The notes: a model not told the origin generated them from the letters alone. A DNA stretch of 64,000 nt from an uncultured Oligoflexales bacterium (GCA_964652825.1 CAZZCU010000004.1:47818-111817), one strand, 5' to 3'; positions 27,003-37,068 are shown, numbered from the stretch's first letter. Made by a program: numbers and translations.

Positions 27003-28544
27003 TTAGTCCGCGGTTGGTGAGCGATCAAAGGCCGTCGTTACAGCCGCCAACTGGGTGGCAAGGTTTTTTGTTACCGCTTGCTGACGCATCCGCCACACCC
27101 AGTTGCCTTTGGCGGTTCCTGGAGTATTCATGCGGTATGCCGCGCCCAAGCCCAGGATATCCTGCATCGGTGCGATCGTGGTGTTTGCCGCCGAACTCAT
27201 CAGCATGCGCATGGCTCGCCAGTGAACATCGCGTGTTTCTGCTCCCAGAGCGCCGATCATGCGTGCCGCATCGTAGCTTTTCTGCCGTTTATTCTTGGCG
27301 GTATTGTGCTTAAACCAGCCGACGATCGTTTCATTGTCATGCGTGCCGGTGTAAGCGATACAGTTAGGAATATAATTATGGGGACGATGCAATTCGCCGC
27401 CGTCATTGTTGCCAAAACCAAACTGCAGGATGCGCATTCCCGGTAAATCAAACTGATCGCGCAGCGCCGCGACCTCTGGCGTCACCAGGCCGAGATCTTC
27501 GGCGATAAACGGCAAGTGTCCGAGTGCTTGTCGCATCTTGTTGAAAAAGTCGACGCTTGGCACGTACTTCCAGGTTCCGGTTTTCGCGGTTTTGGCCGAG
27601 GCGGGGATTTCCCAATAACGATAGAAACCGATGAAGTGATCAATGCGCACAACATCGAACATATGCAGAAGCCGGCGGCAACGTTCGATCCACCAAGTGT
27701 AACCATCTTGTTGCAGATTATCCCAACGATAAAGCGCGTTGCCCCACAATTGACCATCTTTATTGAAATAATCGGGAGGTACACCGGCAACCACGTGCGG
27801 TTTATGTGTTTGGTCGAGACAGAAAAATTTTTGATGCGCCCAGACGTCGGCGCTTTCGTACGAGACAAAGATCGGCAAGTCACCGATTAACTTGATGCCG
27901 CGCGCAGTTGCATATTTGCGCAATGCCTGCCATTGCCGGGAAAAACAAAACTGCAGGAACTCCAAAAACTCACATTCTTCTCGCAACTCGTCACGACAAG
28001 CCGCCAGTGCTTCTGGTTGGCGTTCGCGAATCGCCAACGGCCACTGCGACCAGTTTTTAGTGCCGAATTTTTCCGCCAGCGCGACGAAAAGAACATAGGA
28101 ATTCAGCCAGGTTTGATTATCGTGGCAAAATTCCGCCAGCATGTTGGTATGGCGTTTGCTGCGTTTAAATGTCGCGAACGCCGCGCGTAACAGCGGCATT
28201 TTTATTTTGTATGCTTGCGGATAATTAACGCGCTCCAGACGACTTGCCGATTGCCCTGTTTTTGCCTGCCGAGGCGTTAGCCAACCATCGCGTACCAAAG
28301 CATCGATGTTGATTAACAGCGGCTCCGCCGCTAGCGAGCCGGGTGTTGAATAGGGTGAAAACCCCGATCCGATAGGATTTACCGGCAGCATTTGCCACCA
28401 GCTTTGCTTTGCTGCCTGGAGAAAATCCACAAACTTGAAAGCTTCTGGTCCGATATCACCGCAGTGATACGGACCGGGGAGCGAAGTTGGGTGGAGTAAG
28501 ATGCCACTGCTTCGCCCCGGAAATGCCGATGAGAGTTGCTCCAT
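27003..28544 (-). CDS. malQ: 4-alpha-glucanotransferase (amylomaltase, GH77)
   Basis: SGILLHPTSLPGP..., GIKLIGDLPIFVSYESADVW, VVRIDHFIGF, FIAEDLG and YTGTHDN are the GH77 catalytic motifs. Confidence 0.9.
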   Translation of the reverse strand: MEQLSSAFPGRSSGILLHPTSLPGPYHCGDIGPEAFKFVDFLQAAKQSWWQMLPVNPIGSGFSPYSTPGSLAAEPLLINIDALVRDGWLTPRQAKTGQSASRLERVNYPQAYKIKMPLLRAAFATFKRSKRHTNMLAEFCHDNQTWLNSYVLFVALAEKFGTKNWSQWPLAIRERQPEALAACRDELREECEFLEFLQFCFSRQWQALRKYATARGIKLIGDLPIFVSYESADVWAHQKFFCLDQTHKPHVVAGVPPDYFNKDGQLWGNALYRWDNLQQDGYTWWIERCRRLLHMFDVVRIDHFIGFYRYWEIPASAKTAKTGTWKYVPSVDFFNKMRQALGHLPFIAEDLGLVTPEVAALRDQFDLPGMRILQFGFGNNDGGELHRPHNYIPNCIAYTGTHDNETIVGWFKHNTAKNKRQKSYDAARMIGALGAETRDVHWRAMRMLMSSAANTTIAPMQDILGLGAAYRMNTPGTAKGNWVWRMRQQAVTKNLATQLAAVTTAFDRSPTAD

Positions 28545-30010
28545 TAAGGCCTCAGAGGGATGAATAAAAATTGCCCGGTACGTTCAATACGTACCAAGGC
28601 CCGGCCGGAAGCTTTTATCAGATCATTTAATTTTTCGGGAGTGGTAACTGGTTGTTTACCGACCTGAACGATCAAATCACCGACCTGCAGGCCGGCTCGA
28701 TCAGCAGGCGAATTCTGATCAACGGCTGTAACCACCAGGCCATTGCGGCTTTTGAGCTTATATTTGTTGCGAAGATTCTGATTCAGCGGTGCCAGCGCCA
28801 TGCCGAGCGGCCGGCTGGTGGAGCCACCTTTGCTCTTGAAGTTCGCCATGCGTTCGTCATCAGGTCGGCTGGCGATGGTGACATTCGTCGTGTGTTCCTT
28901 GCCGTTGCGATAGTAGGTAAGCGTGGCTTTGGTGCCTGGCTTGAGCAGGCCGATTTCGCTGACCAGACTACCGTCGGAATCGACTTTGCGACCGTTCATT
29001 GTTGTGATGACATCACCAGCTTCGAGACCGGCTTTGTCCGCAGGACCACCTTTTTCGACACCGGAAACAAAGGTGCCGGTGACTTTCTCGGGGATCCCAA
29101 GCTCTTTGAGCATTTCCGGATCGGCGCCGCGTACCAGCTGGATGCCGATATAGCCGCGTTCGATTTTGCCGCCGTTGATCAGCTGCTCAGCGACGTTACG
29201 TGCGAGATTGGCAGGTACCGCAAAGCCGATGCCATTGTAAGCGCCCGAGCGCGAGAAGATCGCGGTGTTAATGCCGATCGCCTGACCAGCGGCATTGACC
29301 AGTGGGCCGCCGCTGTTGCCGGGGTTGATCGCGGCATCCGTCTGGATGAAGTTGCCAAGCTCGGTGATGTTGAGACTGCCGCGACCCATCGCCGAAACAA
29401 TGCCGAACGACAAGCTGGATTCCAGACCAAACGGCGCGCCGACGGCAACAACAAAATCACCAACCGAAGCTTTATCCGAATCGCCCAGTGGCAGAGTACC
29501 GAGATTTTGTTTTTTGAAGTTTTTATCTTTGATCTGCACAACCGCGACGTCGGTGTTTTTATCTTTGCCGACGACGACGGCTTGATAAGATTGACCGGTA
29601 GCGACTTTCACCGAGATTTCATCGGCATCTTCCACGACGTGATTGTTAGTCAGAATATAGCCTTTATCCAGATCGATGAAAAATCCCGAGCCGATCCCGC
29701 TTTGTTTGCGTTCCTGTTGCGGTTGTTGTGGGATCATGCCGGGGCCTTGCGGGCCAAAAAAGAAATCAAACGGATTGATCGTGCCCATTGGGCCGCCACG
29801 TACGATTTTTGAGATCGAGACAAAAACCACGGCTTTGTTGGCTTCGGCGGCGATGTCGGTGACGGCTTTAGAAATGCGTTGCAGCAGTACACGGTTTTCG
29901 TTGCTGACGTTACCTTCAGCCGGTGCGGGAACCTGATACTTTGCTGCGTATATGGATGCTGGTGAGAGTGCGACAACTAGCGTGAGTAAGAAAGTATAAA
30001 ACGTTTTCAC
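28544..30010 (-). CDS. htrA: Periplasmic serine endoprotease DegP/HtrA family, two PDZ domains
   Basis: Catalytic triad context TNNHVV, DVAVVQI and GNSGGPLVN, followed by two PDZ-like segments. I prefer GTG 30010 (GGAGG 9 nt upstream), giving signal peptide VKTFYTFLLTLVVALSPASIYA. The track start is 30085. Confidence 0.9.
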   Translation of the reverse strand: MKTFYTFLLTLVVALSPASIYAAKYQVPAPAEGNVSNENRVLLQRISKAVTDIAAEANKAVVFVSISKIVRGGPMGTINPFDFFFGPQGPGMIPQQPQQERKQSGIGSGFFIDLDKGYILTNNHVVEDADEISVKVATGQSYQAVVVGKDKNTDVAVVQIKDKNFKKQNLGTLPLGDSDKASVGDFVVAVGAPFGLESSLSFGIVSAMGRGSLNITELGNFIQTDAAINPGNSGGPLVNAAGQAIGINTAIFSRSGAYNGIGFAVPANLARNVAEQLINGGKIERGYIGIQLVRGADPEMLKELGIPEKVTGTFVSGVEKGGPADKAGLEAGDVITTMNGRKVDSDGSLVSEIGLLKPGTKATLTYYRNGKEHTTNVTIASRPDDERMANFKSKGGSTSRPLGMALAPLNQNLRNKYKLKSRNGLVVTAVDQNSPADRAGLQVGDLIVQVGKQPVTTPEKLNDLIKASGRALVRIERTGQFLFIPLRP

Positions 30011-30241
30011 CCAGGTGATCCTCCATTTGGCGTTTTCTTTTGCCAGCAAAGACATGAGAAAGACGAGCGACAAAAAAATCGTCAAAAAAGTATACTCGTT
30101 CAGAAGTGAAAGTCAGTTAAGAAAATGAGAAAACTATCTTGATCATAAGACATTGATATTATTGAATAAATAAAGTTATTTTGCGGGTGTTCTCAAGTTG
30201 CGGCGGTCTAAGCCCGATATTAGCTAACGATAGGGGGCGAA

Positions 30242-30808
30242 ATGCGCTGGTTGGGACTCTACATCGTAGTGGCACTAATACTCGCAGGGCTGAACGGTTG
30301 TGGCGATACCGAGGGGCGGAGTGGTCTGCGTAGCGACGGCAAGGGTAAGTTAATCCCTGGTGGTCCCAGTCCCGACGGTGATGACGACGGCAATCCCGAG
30401 ATCCCAAAAGCCGTTGATAAGGCCGGAGTCGATTTTGAAAACGACCCCACGTCCACCTCACCTGACTATGCTGATGCCTTAATCTGCGTGGAAGGCAAAT
30501 TACATTTGTACGAAAACAGTAAAAAACTGGTTGTTACGCAGGATGGTACGATCAAAATTTCTTTTAAGAATCCGTCCGCCTGTGAGCATCGTTTTAACAT
30601 CGCCAAGAAATCCGCTTCCGATGCCGTGCTCATGACTCAGGAGCAGGCCGACACCATGGGTGCCACTGTTGATTTGGAATTCGTCGCCAGCGCCGACAAT
30701 ATTCTTGAGATAACTTTGCTGAGCAAAGATTGCGCCGGTACCGTCTCGCAACTCGATATGGCGCATACCGGTCAATGGACGCGTTTGAGCGCGAATACCT
30801 GTAATTAG
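30242..30808 (+). CDS. Cys-rich lipoprotein of unknown function
   Basis: Lipobox ILAGLNGC. 188 aa with several Cys residues. No domain recognised. Confidence 0.55.
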   Translation: MRWLGLYIVVALILAGLNGCGDTEGRSGLRSDGKGKLIPGGPSPDGDDDGNPEIPKAVDKAGVDFENDPTSTSPDYADALICVEGKLHLYENSKKLVVTQDGTIKISFKNPSACEHRFNIAKKSASDAVLMTQEQADTMGATVDLEFVASADNILEITLLSKDCAGTVSQLDMAHTGQWTRLSANTCN

Positions 30809-30832
30809 TCCCTGGTGCTTTTGCGCCAGGGA
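30809..30832. terminator. Hairpin between convergent genes (weak terminator candidate)
   Basis: TCCCTGG (30809-30815) pairs with CCAGGGA (30826-30832). No clear T-tract follows. Confidence 0.3.
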
Positions 30833-30882
30833 CGTGTCCTGATGAGCGTAGCGAGGAAGGATCTTCCACGCTTTACCTACGT

Positions 30883-32964
30883 CTATTTCAAACCCGTATG
30901 TCGTAGCAGTGCTTCGGCATTTGGTTCGCGACCGCGGAAGGCTTTGAATACCTCCATCGGATGCTTGCTGCCGCCTAGCGCGAGAATTGTATCGCGGTAG
31001 CGTTCGCCGACGGCGCGCACAGCCTGCTCGTTATCAAGCCCAGCTTCCTCGAAAGCAGCGAAGGCATCGGCACTAAGGACTTCGGCCCATTTATAACTAT
31101 AATAACCGGCAGCATACCCGCCCGCGAAGATGTGACTAAAAGAACACAGGAAGCGATTCTCGGGCAAAGGCTTCAGTACCGACATTTTTTCGGCGATGGC
31201 ACGCGCGACGTCCCAGAAGCTCTGCTTGCCGTTGACGTCGAAGCGATGGTGCAGCTCGATGTCGATCGAACCAAACTGTATCTGACGCATGGCCATCATA
31301 CCGGATTGGAAGTTTTTGGCGGCGCAGATTTTTGCGAATAAATCATCTGGCAACGGCTTGCCGGTTAAATAATGCGCGCTCATGCCGGTGATCGTGGGTT
31401 TGTGATAGCACCAGTTCTCCATGAACTGACTCGGCAACTCGACGGCATCCCATTCGACGCCATTAATTCCCGATACATCGAGATAATCAACTTTGGTCAA
31501 CATATGCTGCAAGCCATGGCCGAATTCGTGGAACAAAGTCTCGACTTCGCGAAAACCCAGCAGCGCTGGTTTATCACCAACGGGAGGTGTGGAGTTGCAT
31601 ACTAGATAGGCGACCGGCGTTTGTGTTTTGCCATCGATAACACAGCGACCACGACAATCGTTCATCCAGGCACCGCCGCGTTTTTCTGCCGGTCGTGAAT
31701 AAGGATCGAGATAAAACGCCGCGATTTGTTGGTTATGCTGATCAAAGATTTTGAAGAAGCGCACATCCGGATGCCAAACATCCGCATCGCCATCAGCCGC
31801 TTCAACGCGGATGCCGAAGATGCGTTGTACGAGACTGAACAAACCATCAAGCACACGCGGTTGCGGAAAGTAGGCGCGCAAGTCTTCGTCGGTGAAACCA
31901 AAGGTTTTCTCGCGCATGCGTTCGGACCAGAACGCGACGTCCCAATGCGCCAATTCGCCGACATGACCGTTGCTGTTGGCGAATGCTTGCAGTTCTTTGA
32001 GTTCTTTTTGCGCATGCGGCCAGGCGGCGGTGCGGATGGTTTCTTCCAGCTTGACGACGGCATCGACGCCGGGCGCCATTTTGCGTGCCAGCGACAATTC
32101 AGCAAAAGTCTTGAAGCCAAGGAGTTTGGCTTTCTCGGCGCGCAACGCCAGGATTTCCTTGATCAGCGGATTGTTATCGTAAGGCGGCTCCGAGGCGCGA
32201 ACGATTTGCGCGCGGTAAATATCTTCGCGAGCCTTGCGATCGCGGCAATGCTGCAAGAACGGGTAGTAGCTTGGATGATCCATGGTGATGCGCCACGGGC
32301 CTTTGTTGGTGTCGGCCTGATTTGCGCGTTCGGGTTTGGACTGGTTATAGGACTGTGCTGCCAGAGCTTTGTAGGTTTCCGGCAAGCCTTCCATTAGTTT
32401 GGCGTCGGTGACGATGTATTCGTAGCTCTTAATGGAATCCAAAACATTGTTGGAGAAGGTTGTGCTGAGTTGACTCAAGCGTTGTTCGATTTCGTTGAAG
32501 CGTTGGCGTTTGTCGTCGGGCAGCGCGACGCCGGCCAACTCCGCGCTCAAAACGCTAGCGCGAACAATGCGTCTTTGTGCATCATTGAATTTTAGCTGGT
32601 CTTGTTGTGACTGTAATTTTTTGAAGCGCTCATAGATTTTTTTATTCTGCGATAATTCGAGGCCGAGTTTAACGACTTCCGGTTGCATCTTTTCGTAAGC
32701 TTCGCGCAAGGCGGGCGCATTGCGTACCGCGAACAGATGCGTCACCGGTCCCCATGTGTAGTCGAATTTTCGCGATAAATCCTCAAGCGGCGGTACCAGA
32801 CTTTCCCAGCTATCGTTGCCGGCATTTTCGATGGCTTTAAATTTCTCTCGAACATCGTCGAGCATGGATTTAGTGGCCGGTACGACATGCTCAGGTGTTA
32901 TTTTGGAAAATAACGGTAAACCTGCAGTTGCAAGCAAGGGATTCTTGTCGGTTGTTGTCATCAT
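30883..32964 (-). CDS. prlC: Oligopeptidase A (M3 family metallopeptidase)
   Basis: 693 aa. Zinc site LFHEFGHGLQH, with M3 family similarity along the length (..YFPQPRVLDGLF.., ..GGAWMNDC..). Confidence 0.9.
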   Translation of the reverse strand: MMTTTDKNPLLATAGLPLFSKITPEHVVPATKSMLDDVREKFKAIENAGNDSWESLVPPLEDLSRKFDYTWGPVTHLFAVRNAPALREAYEKMQPEVVKLGLELSQNKKIYERFKKLQSQQDQLKFNDAQRRIVRASVLSAELAGVALPDDKRQRFNEIEQRLSQLSTTFSNNVLDSIKSYEYIVTDAKLMEGLPETYKALAAQSYNQSKPERANQADTNKGPWRITMDHPSYYPFLQHCRDRKAREDIYRAQIVRASEPPYDNNPLIKEILALRAEKAKLLGFKTFAELSLARKMAPGVDAVVKLEETIRTAAWPHAQKELKELQAFANSNGHVGELAHWDVAFWSERMREKTFGFTDEDLRAYFPQPRVLDGLFSLVQRIFGIRVEAADGDADVWHPDVRFFKIFDQHNQQIAAFYLDPYSRPAEKRGGAWMNDCRGRCVIDGKTQTPVAYLVCNSTPPVGDKPALLGFREVETLFHEFGHGLQHMLTKVDYLDVSGINGVEWDAVELPSQFMENWCYHKPTITGMSAHYLTGKPLPDDLFAKICAAKNFQSGMMAMRQIQFGSIDIELHHRFDVNGKQSFWDVARAIAEKMSVLKPLPENRFLCSFSHIFAGGYAAGYYSYKWAEVLSADAFAAFEEAGLDNEQAVRAVGERYRDTILALGGSKHPMEVFKAFRGREPNAEALLRHTGLK

Positions 32965-33000
32965 TCACCTCTTTAAAAAGCATAGCAGGCCAAGTTCAAG

Positions 33001-33714
33001 TCAGTTGCGAGCCCCAAAAATCGCGGTACCGATACGTAAACAAGTCGAGCCGGCGGCGATCGCCAGGCGCATGTCGGCGCTCATACCCAGTGACAACTTG
33101 CCGCCGCCGATGCTTGGCGCGAGATCGCGCAAGCGTTCGTATTCGCGCGGCAAACCCGCCGGAAAGTTTTCATCCGAGAAACTTACGGGCGGAATAGCCA
33201 TAATACCTGATATCGCGACTTCCGAAATGCTTGTTTGTATACGTTCCGCCAGCGTGGCGACTTCGTCCAGGCGAACGCCGGTTTTTTGTGGCTCTTGGCC
33301 GATGTTGACGGCGAGATAGATGGGAAACGGCGTGTGCCGTGATGGTGAAGCCGCCTGCGACTTTTGCAGCTGTCCGGCGATTGCGAGCGCGTGATCATAA
33401 GAATCAATAGCGTGAGCGCAAGCAAGGTGAGGCAATAATTTGGCGAGCTTATTGGTCTGCACGCGGCCGATGAAATGCCAGTTCAATGCGTGACTTTTGA
33501 GCGTTTCAGCTTTGACGATGAGCTCTTGTGCATAGCTCTCGCCAAAATCCTGGTGGCCCGCTTCTGCGAGAATACGGATTTTTTCGGTGGCCTGGGTTTT
33601 ACTGACCGCGACCAGCGTGATGCTTGCGGGATCGCGGCCACAGGCTTCGGCGCAGCTGGTAAGGCGTTGGCGTACTTGTTGGTAAGCTTGCAGAATACTT
33701 TGGTGGTCGAGCAC
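33001..33714 (-). CDS. yggS: PLP homeostasis protein YggS
   Basis: LVAVSKTQ (PLP Lys), FGESYAQE, WHFIGRVQTNK and SLGMSADMRLAIAAGSTCLRIGTAIFG are the YggS/PROSC family signature blocks. Confidence 0.9.
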   Translation of the reverse strand: MLDHQSILQAYQQVRQRLTSCAEACGRDPASITLVAVSKTQATEKIRILAEAGHQDFGESYAQELIVKAETLKSHALNWHFIGRVQTNKLAKLLPHLACAHAIDSYDHALAIAGQLQKSQAASPSRHTPFPIYLAVNIGQEPQKTGVRLDEVATLAERIQTSISEVAISGIMAIPPVSFSDENFPAGLPREYERLRDLAPSIGGGKLSLGMSADMRLAIAAGSTCLRIGTAIFGARN

Positions 33715-33763
33715 GGGAACGAGTGCCTTACTGAGTATTAAGTTTGATTTGCTGACGTCTTAA

Positions 33764-34216
33764 TTAGTTCTGGGTTTTTTGACCCGGCTTGGGAGTGATA
33801 GGGGTTGCCGGCGGCGCTGTCAACGGCTCAAAGCCGTCGTTGGCAATCGGCTCTGCCGTCGAGGGCGAGGGCAGGGTGTTCGGCTCGCCCGCTGGTGGTA
33901 CTGGGTTTGCGGGAGTAGTCGGTAGCGTCTTGCTCAGAAGATCGTGACCGGTTTTATGCTCGGGTATATTCACGCCTTTGATCCAGCTGCTGAGCGGCAT
34001 ATAGGTGTTTTCTTCGTGAACGCGGTACTGCGGTGCTTCGATAAACAAATTGCCGTTCTCATCAATCGTCACTGCGACGTTGTTGAGGCGCTGATTGCGT
34101 GAGCTGGAAACATCCGTACCGTTCAGGAACACGCTGCGTGCTGATGCCGGCGCGGCATGACTGAGACCGATCATTAAAAGAATGAGCAGAATACTCATGG
34201 ACTTTAGGCTGCGCAT
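33764..34216 (-). CDS. Secreted protein with Pro-rich C-terminus, unknown function
   Basis: Signal peptide MSILLILLMIGLSHAAPASA. The C-terminal third is Pro/Thr-rich. Confidence 0.5.
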   Translation of the reverse strand: MRSLKSMSILLILLMIGLSHAAPASARSVFLNGTDVSSSRNQRLNNVAVTIDENGNLFIEAPQYRVHEENTYMPLSSWIKGVNIPEHKTGHDLLSKTLPTTPANPVPPAGEPNTLPSPSTAEPIANDGFEPLTAPPATPITPKPGQKTQN

Positions 34217-34378
34217 AAGGCCCCTCGAATATCAATTATGTAAATTGGGAGATTGTGTCGTGTGTCCCACTCCCTATAGAATAGCACAGTGCACGGCACA
34301 ATAGGTTCAAAACCGGGGTTTGTGATAAGTTACGGCAACGGTAAGTTACGAAATCATTTCACTTTGATGGAGATAGTG

Positions 34379-35014
34379 ATGATTTGTCCAAAGTTTGCAG
34401 TGGTGGGTTCGAGTCAGGTTTGGCGAGTACTGGCGGCGGGGCTGATGGTAACTACGGCTGCATGTACGACCTTTGAGGGTGAGTACTCCGATCCGAATAA
34501 AGCCGAAATCGTCGATGATAAATGGAACGAGACCGATGCGCGCAAAACCGCCGAAACGATGGTCGAGCGGGCGTTGAGTAAGCCGTGGATGGCGAATTTC
34601 ATGGGCGCGAATAACGCGCAGAAGCCAGTGGTGATCGTTGACGATATGAAGAATCGCACCGATGAGCATATCGATACCAAGGCGTTGACCGACAACGTGC
34701 AAAATGCCTTGATTAACTCCGGCAAAGTGCGGTTTGTGGCCGCGGATATGCGCGCCAAAATCCTGAAAGAAATCGAGTATCAAAATGATAGCGGCAATGT
34801 TCGCGAAGGCACGCGCAAGAAAAAAGGTCAGCAGATCGGTGCGGATTTTTTCTTGTCGGGAAATATTGCTTCTTATGTCGCGACGCAAGGTGGGTTGAAA
34901 ACCGTTACCTATCAAACCGTCATGCAGATGGTTGATCTGGAAACGTCGGAAATCGTCTGGAGCGATAAATACGATATCAAGAAACGCTTTAAGCGTTCAG
35001 GTGCTGGTTGGTGA
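34379..35014 (+). CDS. LpoB-like lipoprotein (COG3417 family)
   Basis: Lipobox VTTAAC. The core ...KPVVIVDDMKNRTDEHIDTKALTDNVQNALINSGKVRFVAAD...IGADFFLSGNIAS...YQTVMQMVDLETSEIVWS parallels E. coli LpoB as I recall it. GGAG lies 6 nt before ATG 34379. Confidence 0.7.
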   Translation: MICPKFAVVGSSQVWRVLAAGLMVTTAACTTFEGEYSDPNKAEIVDDKWNETDARKTAETMVERALSKPWMANFMGANNAQKPVVIVDDMKNRTDEHIDTKALTDNVQNALINSGKVRFVAADMRAKILKEIEYQNDSGNVREGTRKKKGQQIGADFFLSGNIASYVATQGGLKTVTYQTVMQMVDLETSEIVWSDKYDIKKRFKRSGAGW

Positions 35015-36330
35015 TCGACGTTTCGGTTAAAACGACCATAATTTTCTCCGCACGCGCAGCTATAGGCTGCGCGTTGTTTTACGGACTTGTTGCGTGTGCA
35101 TCTTATACGCAGGAGACCGAAGAAATTCGTTCCAGGTATCGTGCGGGTCGCTACGAGGATGCGCGTAAAGCGATAGGCGAGTCCGTACTTAAAGAACAGC
35201 AGCGCAATCGGCTTTTGTATCTGCTGGAAATGGCCATGATTGACGATCGCCTCGGTGAGAACAAACGCGCGCGGCAGTTGTTGCTCGATGCTGATCGTGT
35301 TGTCGACCAGCTATACACGACCAGCGTGAGCGAGACGGCGGCATCATTTGTTTACAATGATAGCGCGATGGCATATCCGGGTGAGGATTACGAAAAGGTT
35401 GCGATTCACACCATGCTGGCGATTTCATTCCTCGGTGACAAGGATTTGGCGGCGGCCGGTGTCGAAGCACGCAAAATCAACAATCGCTTGAACGAAATCA
35501 ATCAGGCGTATGATGAGCGCAAGAATCGTTATGGCGAGGATGCGTTCGCGCGCTATCTGTCGGCGATGATCCATGAAGCGCAGCGTGAATGGGATAGCGC
35601 GATTATCGACTATCAAAAAGCACTGACTACGTATCAGTCGTTATATACACAGCAGTTTGATACTTCGGCGCCCGATGCAATCATTGAGGCGTTGTTGCGT
35701 TTATTGCCGCAACGTGATCGCAAAGATCAGGCGGAGAGATTGGCTAAGCAATTCCCAAAAGAGGCGAAACGTGTCGAGGCGCAGCGCAAGGAATTTAGTA
35801 ATACCGGTGAGCTGATCGTGATTCACGATGTCGGAACAATTACGCCGAAGCACGCCGAAGAATTTGTTTGGCCGATCGGCAAGCAGATCGTGCGTTTTTC
35901 TTTTCCGGCGATTCGTTATCGCGGTAGCTACGAGCCGCCGCCCAGCGGCGTCGATATCGGCGATGGCGGGAAATTTGTGCGTGCTGATCTCACGCAAAAC
36001 ATGGATGCGATCGCCGCCAAGACTTTGGAGGATAGGCGTATGCGCATGGTGATCAAGACCGGTGCGCGCTTGCTCGCCAAAGGACAGCTCACCGAGCAGG
36101 CTTATCAGAACTTTGGTCCGCTTGGTGGTATCGCAGCGAATGTCTATTCAGCGGTGACCGAGACGGCGGATACCCGTAGCTGGTCGTTGTTGCCGTCGCG
36201 CTTTTATGTCACTCGCTTGCGCCTGCCCGCTGGTACGCATAAACTCAAGATTCGCAGCAACGGCAAAGTCACGCGCGCACTGGATGTGACAATCGCCGCA
36301 CAGCAAATGACCTTCTTGCGGGATCGGTAG
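35008..36330 (+). CDS. Lipoprotein with helical/TPR-like N-half (COG3014-like), unknown function
   Basis: Lipobox-like GLVAC. Its start (TTG 35008 or GTG 35011) overlaps the stop of the LpoB-like gene, suggesting translational coupling. Confidence 0.55.
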   Translation: MVIDVSVKTTIIFSARAAIGCALFYGLVACASYTQETEEIRSRYRAGRYEDARKAIGESVLKEQQRNRLLYLLEMAMIDDRLGENKRARQLLLDADRVVDQLYTTSVSETAASFVYNDSAMAYPGEDYEKVAIHTMLAISFLGDKDLAAAGVEARKINNRLNEINQAYDERKNRYGEDAFARYLSAMIHEAQREWDSAIIDYQKALTTYQSLYTQQFDTSAPDAIIEALLRLLPQRDRKDQAERLAKQFPKEAKRVEAQRKEFSNTGELIVIHDVGTITPKHAEEFVWPIGKQIVRFSFPAIRYRGSYEPPPSGVDIGDGGKFVRADLTQNMDAIAAKTLEDRRMRMVIKTGARLLAKGQLTEQAYQNFGPLGGIAANVYSAVTETADTRSWSLLPSRFYVTRLRLPAGTHKLKIRSNGKVTRALDVTIAAQQMTFLRDR

Positions 36331-36471
36331 AGAAAAGATCAAATAAGCATCACAACGTTAAAGGCAGCAAATAATAGTCTCTCCGATACGTCGCATAGTC
36401 GTGGATTTGGAATTGAGGTGGCCCAACTCCTACGTCGGAGTTGCGTCGGAGACAATGGCGTCCCAACTTAA

Positions 36472-37068
36472 CTAGATGCTCAGCTCATCTAAAGTTAGAG
36501 AGAAACTCGGCGCGAAATGCTTCATGAAGTAATCGACTTCTTCCAGGCCAAAACTGCGAATTTTATCTTCAATGCTGATTTTGGCCCGATTGAATTCTTT
36601 GTTGCCAGCGGCAGATTCTTCTAAACACTTTAGATATGCGCAAATATTATCAGCCGCTTTAATGAATTTCCAAAGTCGTTCATCTTCCTTCTTTGGATGA
36701 ATCAAAACGGCGTAATCATCTCGCAAATCCTGGGGTAAGAAAGACAATAATTTTTTTGATGCCTCATCTTCGAGTTGTTGATAGGCATTGCGAATTTCCG
36801 GGCTAAAATATTTTGCTGGTGTCGGCATATCGCCAGTGAAAACTTCCGAAGCGTCGTGAAAAATCCCGAGAAGAGCCAATCGCTCAGGATTAATATCACG
36901 TTTAAAATATCGATTACCAATGACAGCGAGTGCGTGTGCCACGATCGCAACCTGTAAGCTGTGTTCTTGAACATTCTCTGAACGGACGTTTTGCATTAAT
37001 GCCCATCTTTGAATGAGCTTCATGCGCGACAGATATGCGAAAAAGTGACTCAAAAATCCCGCCCCCAA
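36472..37068 (-). CDS. yfbR: 5'-deoxynucleotidase YfbR (HD domain)
   Basis: SHFFAYLSRMKLIQRWALMQNVRSENVQEHSLQVAIVAHALA...FHDASEVFTGDMPTP...ADNICAYLKCLEE..AGNKEF is near-collinear with E. coli YfbR. The start is uncertain (TTG 37068, or TTG 37053 overlapping the ldh stop as TTGA). Confidence 0.85.
   Translation of the reverse strand: MGAGFLSHFFAYLSRMKLIQRWALMQNVRSENVQEHSLQVAIVAHALAVIGNRYFKRDINPERLALLGIFHDASEVFTGDMPTPAKYFSPEIRNAYQQLEDEASKKLLSFLPQDLRDDYAVLIHPKKEDERLWKFIKAADNICAYLKCLEESAAGNKEFNRAKISIEDKIRSFGLEEVDYFMKHFAPSFSLTLDELSI

Noticed and set aside
28652-29812. 386-aa ORF on the + strand, plus similar long antisense ORFs at 9378-10127, 31726-32397, 34346-34915, 4056-4589, 42471-42956, 21813-22310, 24195-24626 and 63335-63793
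   Set aside because: Each lies fully antisense to a gene with clear family motifs (HtrA, the J-like/HTH protein, PrlC, the LpoB-like protein and others). Their translations are low-complexity, Arg/Gly/Ala-rich and motif-free, and they lack RBSs. These are typical shadow ORFs.
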